64,000 nt of DNA from Thainema sp. (GTDB lineage: Bacteria > Cyanobacteriota > Cyanobacteriia > Phormidesmidales > Phormidesmidaceae). The position numbers were made by a program, and so were the translations under genes. The notes beneath the pieces are model-generated. The model was not told the origin of the DNA. It saw only the letters and a program-made list of their open reading frames with translations, and did not search any database. Every line of letters begins with the position of its first letter. Within the stretch, counting starts at the first letter, position 1. The DNA is taken from NCBI GenBank assembly GCA_052168235.1, contig JBQLZK010000023.1:27739-91738 (forward strand), written 5' to 3'. Shown here piece after piece: positions 16,454 through 26,555 of the stretch.

Positions 16454-19246
16454 CTAGTCGCGTGCGATCGCAAGAATCACCTGACTCAAGATCCGACCAT
16501 CTTCAAGCTGATAGAGATTAAATTCACCGCCAATTTCCTGCGTCAGCCTTTGGCAGATCGCGAGGTGCAGGCCGGGTGGCTCATTCAACGGTGATGGTGC
16601 CAGCAAATCATGGGGCTTGCCCTGCTGAAGCTCAGCCAGCAGTGTGTCATCAACAAAGCCGTTATCGGTAATAGACAACTCCAGCCAGCGCTGATCAACC
16701 AAACGACACCAGATATCAATCCGGCCACCGGAGAGCGATCGCAAACAGGCCGATTCCATCATTTCATGCAGAATAAACTCAATTTTGGCCACATCGCCCG
16801 CCACATCTAAATTGAGTTCATTATGCACCTGCGTCCAAAGCTGGCGCTGATGCACCAACGTTTCAACCCGCTCCATCATCCGCTTCAGCAAACTAGCAAT
16901 CGGCACCGTCTCATCCTGGGGCTGGAGCTGCCATTCTTCCGTTTCAATCGGACGTGCGATCGCATCCAGTGTCCCCTCAGCCTGGCGCAAAATTTGCTGC
17001 AGCCGCATCACATTCATCGTGGCGCTTTGGGGTTTCGTAATCTGCTGGCTAACCTCGGTCAGTCGTCGGACAACTCCACTCAAATTCCGCTGCAACTCCT
17101 CTAAGAAATGCTGCTTATACCAGTTCAACTGCTGGAGATGCTGCCGCTGTCCCGACAGCTGATTGACCAACATGATGTAGCGGCGGCACCAAGCATACTG
17201 TCCAGCCAGCGTACTGATCAGATCCAGGTGGCGCTCTGACCAAACCCGATCCGCTCGATCTGCCACTAGCAGAATTCCCGCCGGATGATGCATCGGTGCA
17301 GTGCGTAGCGCTGTCAAGATAACGGTGCCAATGCCTGCACCAATCAGCCACTGACGAGAAGCGGATGGTAAATCGGTGGCCATCAGTGGCAAAATCCCCT
17401 CTGCCTGGATCGCCCATTGAATCACGGCTTCCTGCCCGACAAACAGCGTTGCCTCAGCATCAATCTGGTAAGCTTTTTCCTTCAACACAACCGCTTCAAT
17501 CTGAGCCGTTTCCGATCCCTTCGCCCAGGTAATCAAAGCCGCTAACGGCGCTTGAACGGCTTGTAGAATCTGCTCTAGGGCCTGTTGATCGAGCTGATCT
17601 AAATGGTGAATCCGCTGTAGAGTTTTGGTGCCCCACTGAAGATTTTGCTGGAGGGCTTGCTGTTGAGCAATATCCCGCTGAAGCTGCCACTGGTGTAAGA
17701 TTACCCCAATTTGCTGAGCTACCGTTTTCACCAGATCGCGCTCAACTCGAATCCAACTGCGCGTGGCGTCATGAGCGACGATAATCATGCCCTCTAGCGG
17801 TTTGCCAATGGCAGTGTTGCAGGTCAGCAAAGACTTGACGCCAATATCCAGCAGCGGCTGCCGCCAAGCCATTAACTTGAGATCATCGTCTAGATTCTCG
17901 ATGCCAATCGGTTCCGCCGACTTCTCTAGCATCTTCCGATCAACGTCATTCAGTACGCTAAATGGTTGGCGAATATGCTGGCGATGGTTGGGATGATACT
18001 GATAGCTCACCTCATAGCAGTGCTGATCCGGATCGTAAATCAACACAAAGACATGAGTAATCTTGAGTCGGCGACACAGTTGCTCAGCACAGGTATTCAG
18101 CGCTACTTGCCAATCGTTATCACTACAAATGGCCCGTGAAATTTCCGCCGTTAACCCCTGATCTAGCTTAATTTGATCAATGGTTTCTTCCATTTCCGAG
18201 AGGGGAGCTGCTAGAGCGACGAGCTGAGCAACTCCTTGGACATATTGTTTTTCTTCCTCTGTCCAAATCCGTGCTTCTTTGCCCTCGACAGCCAGAAAAC
18301 CCAGCAGCTCATCTTGAAATAAGATCGGAGCCGCAATTAGCGATCGCGCATTGATCTGCTGCATTAAGCGAGTGGTGGTGTCGGCTTTGAGGGAGCTTTG
18401 GGCTTCACCAATCGCCACCAACTGATCTGCCGCCAGGGCTTTATAGAACGTACTCACTTCCTGGACTGGAATATGCAATTCGGGCAGGGGGTCTCGTGGT
18501 GTGGTGAGTGATTTATTGGGATTACGCGAACCAACGCGCCGCCAGAAATAGCGTTGCTCACGGGCAAACCAGTAGATGTTGGTGCGATCGGGCTGCACAA
18601 AACAGTGGGTTTCCGCCACAATCGCTTCCAACCGCTCATCCAAGTGATTGAGATTCCGCAACTTACCCAGGAGTTTAAACAGCGGCTGTTCCGGGCGCTT
18701 GGTTTGCCGGCGCTGCTGCTCTATTTCAGACTGATAAAGCGCTTCTGCTAGCGAACCGAGTAAAACGGACAGGCGAGCCTTTTCGCCAGAATGCGGTGAA
18801 ACCCCCCAAAAGCGTGACCCCAGCAGTGCTAAACCAAAACAACGATCGCGATGCCGAATTGGAAAGATCATCGTGCCCTGAATTTGGTAGGTCTGAGCCG
18901 CTTTCCGCCATTCTCCTGCCCGTGATTCTTCTCGCAAATCCGGAATGCCAAGCGGTCGCTGCTGAATTACCACCTGTTCTAAAATATCGCCAGGATTGAG
19001 CGAGAAGCGCTGTCGTAAAAAATTCGATTCCCCATTGGGTGTAAATCCCCCTTGCCCGATAATCCGATGGGACATCCGGTCGTACAGCCCAATCCAAACC
19101 AAGGCATAATCAAACCCTTCCTGCATGTAGCGGATCGCTGTCTCAACAAGCACAGCAACGTCCTCCTCCTCACGCAGGGTTTGGAGGACGCGCCCTAATG
19201 CTACAAGCTGCTGCTCGTAAGCCGTTGAATCATTCGGCAGGGACAT
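16454..19246 (-). CDS. Multi-GAF protein with a degenerate HATPase-like C-terminus
   Basis: About four GAF-like repeats. C-terminal ITDNG and GLHLAIC, but no recognisable H-box or N-box Asn. Confidence 0.75.
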   Translation of the reverse strand: MSLPNDSTAYEQQLVALGRVLQTLREEEDVAVLVETAIRYMQEGFDYALVWIGLYDRMSHRIIGQGGFTPNGESNFLRQRFSLNPGDILEQVVIQQRPLGIPDLREESRAGEWRKAAQTYQIQGTMIFPIRHRDRCFGLALLGSRFWGVSPHSGEKARLSVLLGSLAEALYQSEIEQQRRQTKRPEQPLFKLLGKLRNLNHLDERLEAIVAETHCFVQPDRTNIYWFAREQRYFWRRVGSRNPNKSLTTPRDPLPELHIPVQEVSTFYKALAADQLVAIGEAQSSLKADTTTRLMQQINARSLIAAPILFQDELLGFLAVEGKEARIWTEEEKQYVQGVAQLVALAAPLSEMEETIDQIKLDQGLTAEISRAICSDNDWQVALNTCAEQLCRRLKITHVFVLIYDPDQHCYEVSYQYHPNHRQHIRQPFSVLNDVDRKMLEKSAEPIGIENLDDDLKLMAWRQPLLDIGVKSLLTCNTAIGKPLEGMIIVAHDATRSWIRVERDLVKTVAQQIGVILHQWQLQRDIAQQQALQQNLQWGTKTLQRIHHLDQLDQQALEQILQAVQAPLAALITWAKGSETAQIEAVVLKEKAYQIDAEATLFVGQEAVIQWAIQAEGILPLMATDLPSASRQWLIGAGIGTVILTALRTAPMHHPAGILLVADRADRVWSERHLDLISTLAGQYAWCRRYIMLVNQLSGQRQHLQQLNWYKQHFLEELQRNLSGVVRRLTEVSQQITKPQSATMNVMRLQQILRQAEGTLDAIARPIETEEWQLQPQDETVPIASLLKRMMERVETLVHQRQLWTQVHNELNLDVAGDVAKIEFILHEMMESACLRSLSGGRIDIWCRLVDQRWLELSITDNGFVDDTLLAELQQGKPHDLLAPSPLNEPPGLHLAICQRLTQEIGGEFNLYQLEDGRILSQVILAIARD

Positions 19247-19690
19247 GCGATTGTAAAATCAGTAAATTCAGACTAGATGGAACTTAACCGTAAATCAAGT
19301 TGCGACCTGTAGATGCAAATCCCCAACAATTCAGTCAAAAAATTAAACTAACCTCATATAGCGCGAGCTTGTTGGAGATAGGGCAAGATGAAACCCTGCT
19401 AAAACCTAGATTTTTGGTTGGATTGCTGGTGAAATATGTGCACGATGTACAGTCTGGTTAATTAACTTGCCAATTAAAAAATGGAATGACATAACAGATT
19501 CAAAGAGCTCCTGTACGTTATATTTCACAGGAGCAGCATGAAATGCGCATATTAGGAGCAATTCTGCTCTGTGCCTTATTGTATCGGTGGCAAGTTAGGT
19601 TGTGTGGAGATAGTAAAGATTTGCGCTGCTGGCCTTTTGCGGATTCAATATTTTAGATGTTCAATCCAATGTTCATCAACGTAGAATGCA

Positions 19691-20863
19691 GTGGAACGTA
19701 TCTTGGTAAACGCTGACCTTTATCGGCTATTGGTTCCTTCCATCTTATTCGCCTGGCTCAAGGCCGATCCAGAGTGGTTACACCAGAAAACGATGCAAAG
19801 TTTGCACTGGTTGACCCAGGCGAGCGCGGCTGATAACCAGACTCAGGCCGCGATCGCAACCGGAATTCTGACTAGATTACAGCAGTCTTTGGTTTGCCAA
19901 GACGATCGGCTTCAGCAAAATCACTGGGGATTGACGTTTCCCAATCCAGTTGGTTTGGCAGCAGGATTTGATAAAGATGGTGTAGCGGCTCCTCTATGGG
20001 CTAATTTCGGCTTTGGCTTTGCGGAACTAGGCACTGTCACCTATCACGCTCAGCCTGGCAATCCTCAACCGCGCCTGTTTCGCCTCTTAGCCGATTACGC
20101 AGCTTTGAACCGTATGGGGTTCAACAATCGGGGAGCAGCCGATTTGGCGGAACGGCTCACGCAGCAGTGGCAGCAGCATCAGCGGCAGATTCCCATTGGC
20201 ATTAACTTAGGCAAGTCCAAAGTGACACCGCTAGAATCCGCTGTGGATGACTATGTCGGTAGCTTTCGGCTGCTGGAAGAACTGGGGGATTACTTTGTGG
20301 TCAATGTTTCTTCACCTAACACACCCGGTTTGCGATCGCTCCAGGCCATCGAGCAGCTTAAACCCATTCTGACGACGCTCCAGCAGGAAAACACAGCGCA
20401 GAAACCATTGTTTGTCAAAATTGCACCCGATTTAGCTTGGGATGATATTGCCGCTGTCGTAGATTTAGCGCGAGATTGTGATCTAACGGGCGTAATTGCC
20501 ACCAACACCACGATTCAAAAAGAGGGACTGAAGACCCAAATTCTACGAGAAACGGGCAATCCCATTACTGCAGAAGCAGGGGGGATCAGCGGTGCGCCAC
20601 TGCGCGATCGCGCAACGGACGTGATTCGCTTTATCTGGCAGCACACTCAAGGGCAATTTCCCATCATTGGCGTGGGCGGCATTTTTACGGCTGATGATGC
20701 TTGGGACAAAATCACGGCAGGGGCGACTCTCGTGCAACTCTATACGGGCTGGATTTACGAAGGGCCAGGCGCATTGCGCCGCATCAACCAAGGATTACTG
20801 GCCCATTTACAGGCCAATGGCTTTTCTAATATTTCTGAAGCCGTTGGCTCCGCACATTCTTGA
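19691..20863 (+). CDS. pyrD: Quinone-dependent dihydroorotate dehydrogenase (class 2)
   Basis: NPVGLAAGFDKDG, NRMGFNN, VNVSSPNTPGLR and GGISGAPL. Confidence 0.96.
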   Translation: MERILVNADLYRLLVPSILFAWLKADPEWLHQKTMQSLHWLTQASAADNQTQAAIATGILTRLQQSLVCQDDRLQQNHWGLTFPNPVGLAAGFDKDGVAAPLWANFGFGFAELGTVTYHAQPGNPQPRLFRLLADYAALNRMGFNNRGAADLAERLTQQWQQHQRQIPIGINLGKSKVTPLESAVDDYVGSFRLLEELGDYFVVNVSSPNTPGLRSLQAIEQLKPILTTLQQENTAQKPLFVKIAPDLAWDDIAAVVDLARDCDLTGVIATNTTIQKEGLKTQILRETGNPITAEAGGISGAPLRDRATDVIRFIWQHTQGQFPIIGVGGIFTADDAWDKITAGATLVQLYTGWIYEGPGALRRINQGLLAHLQANGFSNISEAVGSAHS

Positions 20864-21299
20864 TTCGACCCTTAATTCTTATTCTCAACCCTGGTTCTCA
20901 AGCTCGGATCGGATTTCCTGATCGGATGCTTGGTTCTACTTGAGCGGACTGATACCGATTCAACTTCTAGCGATAGAGCGATAGCCATATTGGCTAGGAC
21001 ATTTACGAAATTCAACGTTTAAACGTTTGGATGGTTTCAGAATTTTCTAACGTCTTAACCAATGTGACTACTGCTATATATATTCAGTGTATATCAGTAT
21101 TTATTTTGGTGAAAATCTACGAGATATAAGTGAAATCACGCAGAATTATTTTTGCTGTCATCCTGATTGACAAGATTGATTTAAGCTCGCCAGCCAAAGA
21201 TTTAAGATTGCTCTTATAAGTATAAAAAACCGCAATATCACTGAAAGCCGCTGCTCTCAAAGGAGTTACTTTTAATACATATGACTCCTAGAGGCTAAC

Positions 21300-22301
21300 A
21301 TGATTTTCCAACGATCTATTCGCAAAACTCCCTGGGTGGCTCTACCGCTGGCCATTGCGATCGCATCTGGTGTTTCAGGCCGTGCAGATGCGGCATCTTT
21401 TGGGGTTGCCGATGACTACAATGTGTTTGTCTTTGGCGACATGAATCAAAGCTCTGATGCCGAAGGACGCGTCGCAGTTGGCGGCAATGCTACGTTTTCC
21501 AATTTTGGCATCGGTGACCGCTTAAGCAACTCCAATGGAGCAGATACGCGTTTAGTTGTCGGCGGTGATTTGACGTATAACGGGGGCCAAATCTTCGGTG
21601 GTGGCGCTGTTGTCGGTGGTCAGGTTAAAACCAACATCAACTTCAACTGCACCCCTAACTGTGGCGTTACAAGCGGTAAACCAATTGATTTTGATGCCGC
21701 CAAAACCTATTTCACAGGTTTTTCTGATCAGCTGAGCGACTTAGGCGCAACGGGCAATACCGAATACAAATGGGGTGGTATCTGGCTCCAGGGCAACAGC
21801 TCCGCCGACTTGAATGTATTCACCATTGACGGCTATAAATTTAATGGTTCCAGCTACCTTAACCTAAATGGCATTGGCAGCAGTTCTACCGTTGTATTTA
21901 ACATCCTGGGGAATGCGGTTAGCATTGCCAACTTTGGGATGAATTTGGGTGGGCTTGATCCGTCGAAGGTATTGTTCAACTTTGTGGACGCTACTCAGGT
22001 TCAAACCACGGGCTTTTCATTTGCGGGTAGCGTACTGGCACCGAACGCCAACTTTACGTTCAACAACGGTAATGTTGAAGGTCAGTTCGTTGCAAACTCT
22101 GTATCCGGTAGTGGTGAGTTCCACAACATCAGCTTTGAGGGACAAGTGCCAGACTATATCCCCCCCGATCTACCTCCGGAGCCTGAAGAGCCCGGTAATG
22201 GTGGCCCAACCGAAATTCCTGAACCATCAGCGATGGTGGGGCTAGCGCTAGTGGGCGCTGCGTTGAGCCTGCGTCGTCGCGCACAGAATCTTCCAAACTA
22301 G
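21300..22301 (+). CDS. Secreted choice-of-anchor A domain protein with a PEP-CTERM sorting signal
   Basis: Signal peptide, YNVFVFGD...EGRVAVGGN, GSVLAP.A, then IPEP + TM + RRR tail. Confidence 0.85.
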   Translation: MIFQRSIRKTPWVALPLAIAIASGVSGRADAASFGVADDYNVFVFGDMNQSSDAEGRVAVGGNATFSNFGIGDRLSNSNGADTRLVVGGDLTYNGGQIFGGGAVVGGQVKTNINFNCTPNCGVTSGKPIDFDAAKTYFTGFSDQLSDLGATGNTEYKWGGIWLQGNSSADLNVFTIDGYKFNGSSYLNLNGIGSSSTVVFNILGNAVSIANFGMNLGGLDPSKVLFNFVDATQVQTTGFSFAGSVLAPNANFTFNNGNVEGQFVANSVSGSGEFHNISFEGQVPDYIPPDLPPEPEEPGNGGPTEIPEPSAMVGLALVGAALSLRRRAQNLPN

Positions 22302-22368
22302 GCTGCTAGCGTTCAATTCACTGTAGAGCCTCAGCGCTCACATGAGTCTCGAATATCAGAAATTGAAC

Positions 22369-22406
22369 TTAAAAGGGAGCTGCGGCATGCCGCAGCTCCC
22401 TTTTAA
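22369..22406. terminator. Bidirectional palindrome/terminator between convergent genes
   Basis: ttaaaagggagctgcggca|tgccgcagctcccttttaa. Confidence 0.7.
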
Positions 22407-22440
22407 CGCTGAAGTTTAACGCTGAACTAGCTGATCCGCT

Positions 22441-22581
22441 TTAGAGATCGCCGCCTCGTGCAGCCAACAAGAAAATGACTACTGGGCCAGCAACCACAAC
22501 CAGCGCCAACATTGTCAGCTGGGCGATCAGCTCAAAATTGATACTCGACAGAGCTCCAGTGATACCTGATAGAAATTCCAT
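22441..22581 (-). CDS. psb30: Photosystem II reaction centre protein Psb30/Ycf12
   Basis: Not in the ORF track. 46 aa: [46 protein letters not shown], with a GGAGG RBS. Confidence 0.93.
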   Translation of the reverse strand: MEFLSGITGALSSINFELIAQLTMLALVVVAGPVVIFLLAARGGDL

Positions 22582-23028
22582 TAATCCTCCCAAGCAAAGC
22601 AGGCAAAACAGTCAGAAAACACTTGTATAGTCGGTTAGTATTTTATCCGGTATCTGGCCTGAAATTTTAAGTAAGTTTACAAAAATCCAATTAACTATAT
22701 CAGCTTGGCTGTCTTTCTCATATTCCGGATATGCAGGCCCGTATTGAGCAAGCTGCTTAACAGGTGAAGGCTACGTTGGGCAACATGCATTAGCCAACAA
22801 AACTCGGCTTGGTACAGCATTTCATTAGACCTGATGCACTGACACGACCCGTTTGACTAGTGTGCTTAGGCTAATGGTGGGCGAATGACAACGGCTCAAA
22901 CTATTTATGCTTGTTGAATAGAAGTCAAAGCTTGCCCACCATCTCAAAATCCTGCTATTCCCAAACAGATCAACAAGGGATCTGCACCCGGTCGTCCTTG
23001 ACAGCCTATAGCCTCTGACAGCCTTTTC

Positions 23029-23511
23029 TTACCACCAGCGCAGTTCCAAATATCCTCGCTCCGGCTGATTCTGCTCTTCCTCCGTCAGCCAATCCACGGC
23101 CTTGTAGGTACCAAATATATGATCCCACCAATCTACGCCGAGGCCAAAGTTATGATGCCACATGCCGTACTTGTGGTGAACATAGTGGACAGGCATCTTC
23201 ATCCAAAAGCACTTCTTGGGGTTTTCGTGCTGGAGCTGATGAGCATAGGCGGAAAACGCTGCGTAGATGATTGCGCCAATGGCCCAACCAATACCAGCCT
23301 CAAGCGAAACGAAAAATGGGATCACCATCAGGACTAAACTACCAACAATGTAGTCTCGGAATTCCCAAATCACACCTTGGCCTTCATTTCGGCGATGGTG
23401 ATCGCGGTGTCGCTGCCCCACCCGCTCGGAGGCATGCATGAGACGGTGTATCCAATATTCGACTAAACTTGCGAGCACAAATGCGATCGCACAACAAATC
23501 ACTGCAACCAT
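23029..23511 (-). CDS. Sterol desaturase/fatty acid hydroxylase family protein
   Basis: His boxes EYWIHRLMH, HRDHH and HYVHH, plus NFG...WDHIFGT. Confidence 0.85.
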   Translation of the reverse strand: MVAVICCAIAFVLASLVEYWIHRLMHASERVGQRHRDHHRRNEGQGVIWEFRDYIVGSLVLMVIPFFVSLEAGIGWAIGAIIYAAFSAYAHQLQHENPKKCFWMKMPVHYVHHKYGMWHHNFGLGVDWWDHIFGTYKAVDWLTEEEQNQPERGYLELRWW

Positions 23512-23650
23512 ATGGCTCTCCTCACAGAAGACGAAACGGGACGCATCCCAATTCTGTACCCTATTACAAATCGTAAAGTACTAATGCTCCCATTGTGCCA
23601 CTGACTCCAACTGGATGCAGTCGAACAATAGCCAGATCTTTGAGTGAACA

Positions 23651-25042
23651 CTAATCTCCCGCTACACCATCAGCCCGCGCCGCATGTTGAACCGCAGCCG
23701 ATACCGTTGCCGCCACTCGATCATCAAATACCGATGGAATAATATGCTCCGGCGTTAAGTCCGAGGGTTTAACTAGAGATGCGATCGCTTCTGCGGCATC
23801 TAGATACATGGTGGTAGTCATGGCCTTGGCGCGACAGTCAATCGCACCGCGCAGAATGCCGGGGAAGGCCAGCACGTTATTGATTTGGTTGGGATAGTCG
23901 CTGCGTCCGGTGGCCATTACGGCCACGTCCCCAACGACGAGTTCCGGCTGAATTTCGGGAATTGGGTTGGCCATCGCAAAGACAATTGGATCGCGCGCCA
24001 TTGACCGCACCATTTCTGGGGTCACAACACCGGGAACGCTAACGCCCATGAACACATCGGCCCCTTTCATCGCGTCCGCCAGCGAACCGGATTCTTCCAC
24101 GGCAAACTCTTTTTTCTGATTGTTTAAATCCGTACGGCTATGGCAAATCACGCCTTTGGAGTCGCACATCAGAATAGTTTGAGTCCCGGCCTTGCGTAAT
24201 AGACGTGCGATCGCAACTCCGGCAGCACCCGCCCCGTTAATCACGACCCGAATCGAGTCGATCGACTTGTCCACCAGCTTGAGCGCGTTCATCAGCGCCG
24301 CCAGGGACACAATTGCCGTACCGTGTTGGTCATCGTGGAAGACTGGAATATCCAACTCGCGCTGTAGCCGCTCTTCAATCTCAAAACAGCGGGGAGCGCT
24401 GATATCTTCCAGATTTACGCCGCCAAAGACCGGAGCAATATACTTCACAGCCTTGACGATTTCGTCTACATCCTGGGTGTCTAAACAAATCGGGAAGGCA
24501 TCGAGTCCAGCAAATTCTTTGAACAGCATCGCTTTGCCTTCCATCACGGGCAGCGCTCCGGCTGGGCCTAGATTCCCCAGTCCTAAAACCGCACTGCCGT
24601 CGGTGACAATGGCCACTGTGTTGCTCTTGATTGTCAAGCTATAAACCTGATCGGGATCTTCTGCGATCGCAGTGCAAATTCGGCCCACACCGGGCGTATA
24701 GGCCATCGCCAGATCAGACTGGCTCTGCAGCGGAATTTTGGACTCAATGCTGATCTTGCCACCCCGGTGCAGGTTAAACGTGCGGTCGTAAACGCTGAGC
24801 AGCTTTACATCCGGCAGCGCTTTGACCTGGGTGACAATTTGCTCGGCATGTTCGGCGCTGAACGCATCCACCGTCAGGTCGCGCACCACCAGCTTGAGAT
24901 TGCGCTCGACAAGACTAATCTGCCCCAGGTTGCCACCCGCTTCTGCGATCGCAGTTGTAATGGTGGCCAACATGCCGGTGCGATTGGGAATTTGCAGCCG
25001 CAGGGTGAGGCTAAAACTAGAGTTGGGAGTCAGATTCGTCAT
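23651..25042 (-). CDS. NAD(P)-dependent malic enzyme with an N-terminal ACT domain
   Basis: AYTPGV, PVMEGKA, LEDI, FHDDQHGT, GAGAAG and ATGRSDYPNQ. Confidence 0.95.
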   Translation of the reverse strand: MTNLTPNSSFSLTLRLQIPNRTGMLATITTAIAEAGGNLGQISLVERNLKLVVRDLTVDAFSAEHAEQIVTQVKALPDVKLLSVYDRTFNLHRGGKISIESKIPLQSQSDLAMAYTPGVGRICTAIAEDPDQVYSLTIKSNTVAIVTDGSAVLGLGNLGPAGALPVMEGKAMLFKEFAGLDAFPICLDTQDVDEIVKAVKYIAPVFGGVNLEDISAPRCFEIEERLQRELDIPVFHDDQHGTAIVSLAALMNALKLVDKSIDSIRVVINGAGAAGVAIARLLRKAGTQTILMCDSKGVICHSRTDLNNQKKEFAVEESGSLADAMKGADVFMGVSVPGVVTPEMVRSMARDPIVFAMANPIPEIQPELVVGDVAVMATGRSDYPNQINNVLAFPGILRGAIDCRAKAMTTTMYLDAAEAIASLVKPSDLTPEHIIPSVFDDRVAATVSAAVQHAARADGVAGD

Positions 25043-25181
25043 TGTTAATTTTGTGTAAATGATAAGTAGGATACATGGACAGCCCACACCAGCAATCCGG
25101 GAATCCTGTGAAATTGCTTAACAGCATAGGGGAATCCTAAGTAGAAAAGTGTACTGAGTCACACCGACAATCACCAAGCCC

Positions 25182-25640
25182 ATGCCCAGCTTTTACACTG
25201 AAATCGAAATCAACGCTCCTATCGACCGCGTCTGGGATGCCCTTGTGCACAAAGAAGACTGGCGGTGGTGGAACACCTTTCTGTTTGACTGCAATGCCAA
25301 GCTGCCCTTTGAGCCGCAGCAGGAAGTTTGGCTGGCCATTTGCCGCTTGCCAGGGGATGAGGAAATCGAGTTTTGGCCGACGGTAACGGTGGTGGAACCC
25401 GGCATCTGTCTCCAATGGCGCTCTCAAATCCCTGGACTGCACAACGAACACAGCTTTGAGCTACTCAGCAGTAGTCGAGATCGCACGAAATACGTCCACC
25501 GCGAAACCTTCTCCGGCTGGCTGGCCAAGCTCTTTCTGCCCCTCATCCGCCAAGACGAACAAGTCGGCATGCGCCGCATGGCCACCGAACTCAAACAATA
25601 CCTAGAACAACTTCCCCCTTCTCCCCTCCTAATGCCCTAG
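25182..25640 (+). CDS. SRPBCC/START-fold protein
   Basis: TEIEINAP.DRVW, WN.F, HRETFSG and ELKQYLE. Confidence 0.8.
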   Translation: MPSFYTEIEINAPIDRVWDALVHKEDWRWWNTFLFDCNAKLPFEPQQEVWLAICRLPGDEEIEFWPTVTVVEPGICLQWRSQIPGLHNEHSFELLSSSRDRTKYVHRETFSGWLAKLFLPLIRQDEQVGMRRMATELKQYLEQLPPSPLLMP

Positions 25641-25727
25641 AGTTTCCGGTAAAGTGGAGGGAGAAAAGACACGCTAATCAGCATAAGCTGTAGGTTTCCA
25701 CATTCGTAGACGGCCACACGGTTCAGT

Positions 25728-26447
25728 ATGACTAGTTCCACCACCGATCCCGCTTCCGCAACTGATGCGATCGCAGAATTGAAGACACAGTTCCAGTCTG
25801 CTACACCCAAAGTGCAGTTGGAGCTTGTAGAGACTTTGGTCGAACAGGGCGATCAGGGGCTGCAAGCGCTGATGGATCTGTTGCTGGATCGAGCCAGCGA
25901 TGACGCTGATCCAGTGGACGGCAAAATATACCAAATTCTCTGGAGTACAGAGCAGTCCTCCTTTCAGTCCCTGTTAGAAGCCAATTGGCCCTCTGGCCTG
26001 ATCTCGCTTGATTCAGAACAGGGCGTAGACTATCAGCCACTGCATGATCAGCTCGTTGAGCAGGACTATGAACTGGCCGATCGCACCACCCTCCAGCTTA
26101 TGTGTGAACTGGCAGGTGCGGCTGCCGCTCGGCGCAAGTGGCTCTATTTTTCCGAAGTCAATAATTTTCCGCCTACTGACCTGCAAACGATCGATCGACT
26201 CTGGCGAGTTTTCTCCGTTGGCAAGTTTGGCTTTTCGGTGCAGCGAGAGCTGTGGCTCGGCGTGGGCAAAGATTGGGACAAGCTCTGGCCCAAAATTAAT
26301 TGGAAAACCGGCAATCGCTGGACGCGCTATCCCAATGAATTCACCTGGGATCTTTCGGCACCACGGGGACACCTGCCGCTATCGAATCAGCTACGCGGTG
26401 TGCGAGTTATGGAATCCTTGCTAACCCATCCAGCTTGGACTGAGTGA
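25728..26447 (+). CDS. gun4: GUN4 Mg-chelatase cofactor (Ycf53)
   Basis: S..GVDY.PL...L, AD..T, DL.TID.LW, S.GKFGFSVQ, APRGHLP and NQLRG. Confidence 0.93.
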   Translation: MTSSTTDPASATDAIAELKTQFQSATPKVQLELVETLVEQGDQGLQALMDLLLDRASDDADPVDGKIYQILWSTEQSSFQSLLEANWPSGLISLDSEQGVDYQPLHDQLVEQDYELADRTTLQLMCELAGAAAARRKWLYFSEVNNFPPTDLQTIDRLWRVFSVGKFGFSVQRELWLGVGKDWDKLWPKINWKTGNRWTRYPNEFTWDLSAPRGHLPLSNQLRGVRVMESLLTHPAWTE

Positions 26448-26459
26448 CATCACGTTCGC

Positions 26460-26547
26460 GTATCAGAAACCCAATTTAACTTTTTGAGCGGCTGGCTCAG
26501 CCAGCCGCTCAAAAAGTTAAATTGGGTTTTAAACAGACTTCGTATGA
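26460..26547. repeat. Long palindrome (31-bp arms) between convergent genes
   Basis: aaacccaatttaactttttgagcggctggct c agccagccgctcaaaaagttaaattgggttt, followed by ttcgtatga. Confidence 0.85.
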
Positions 26548-26555
26548 GAGCGCGA

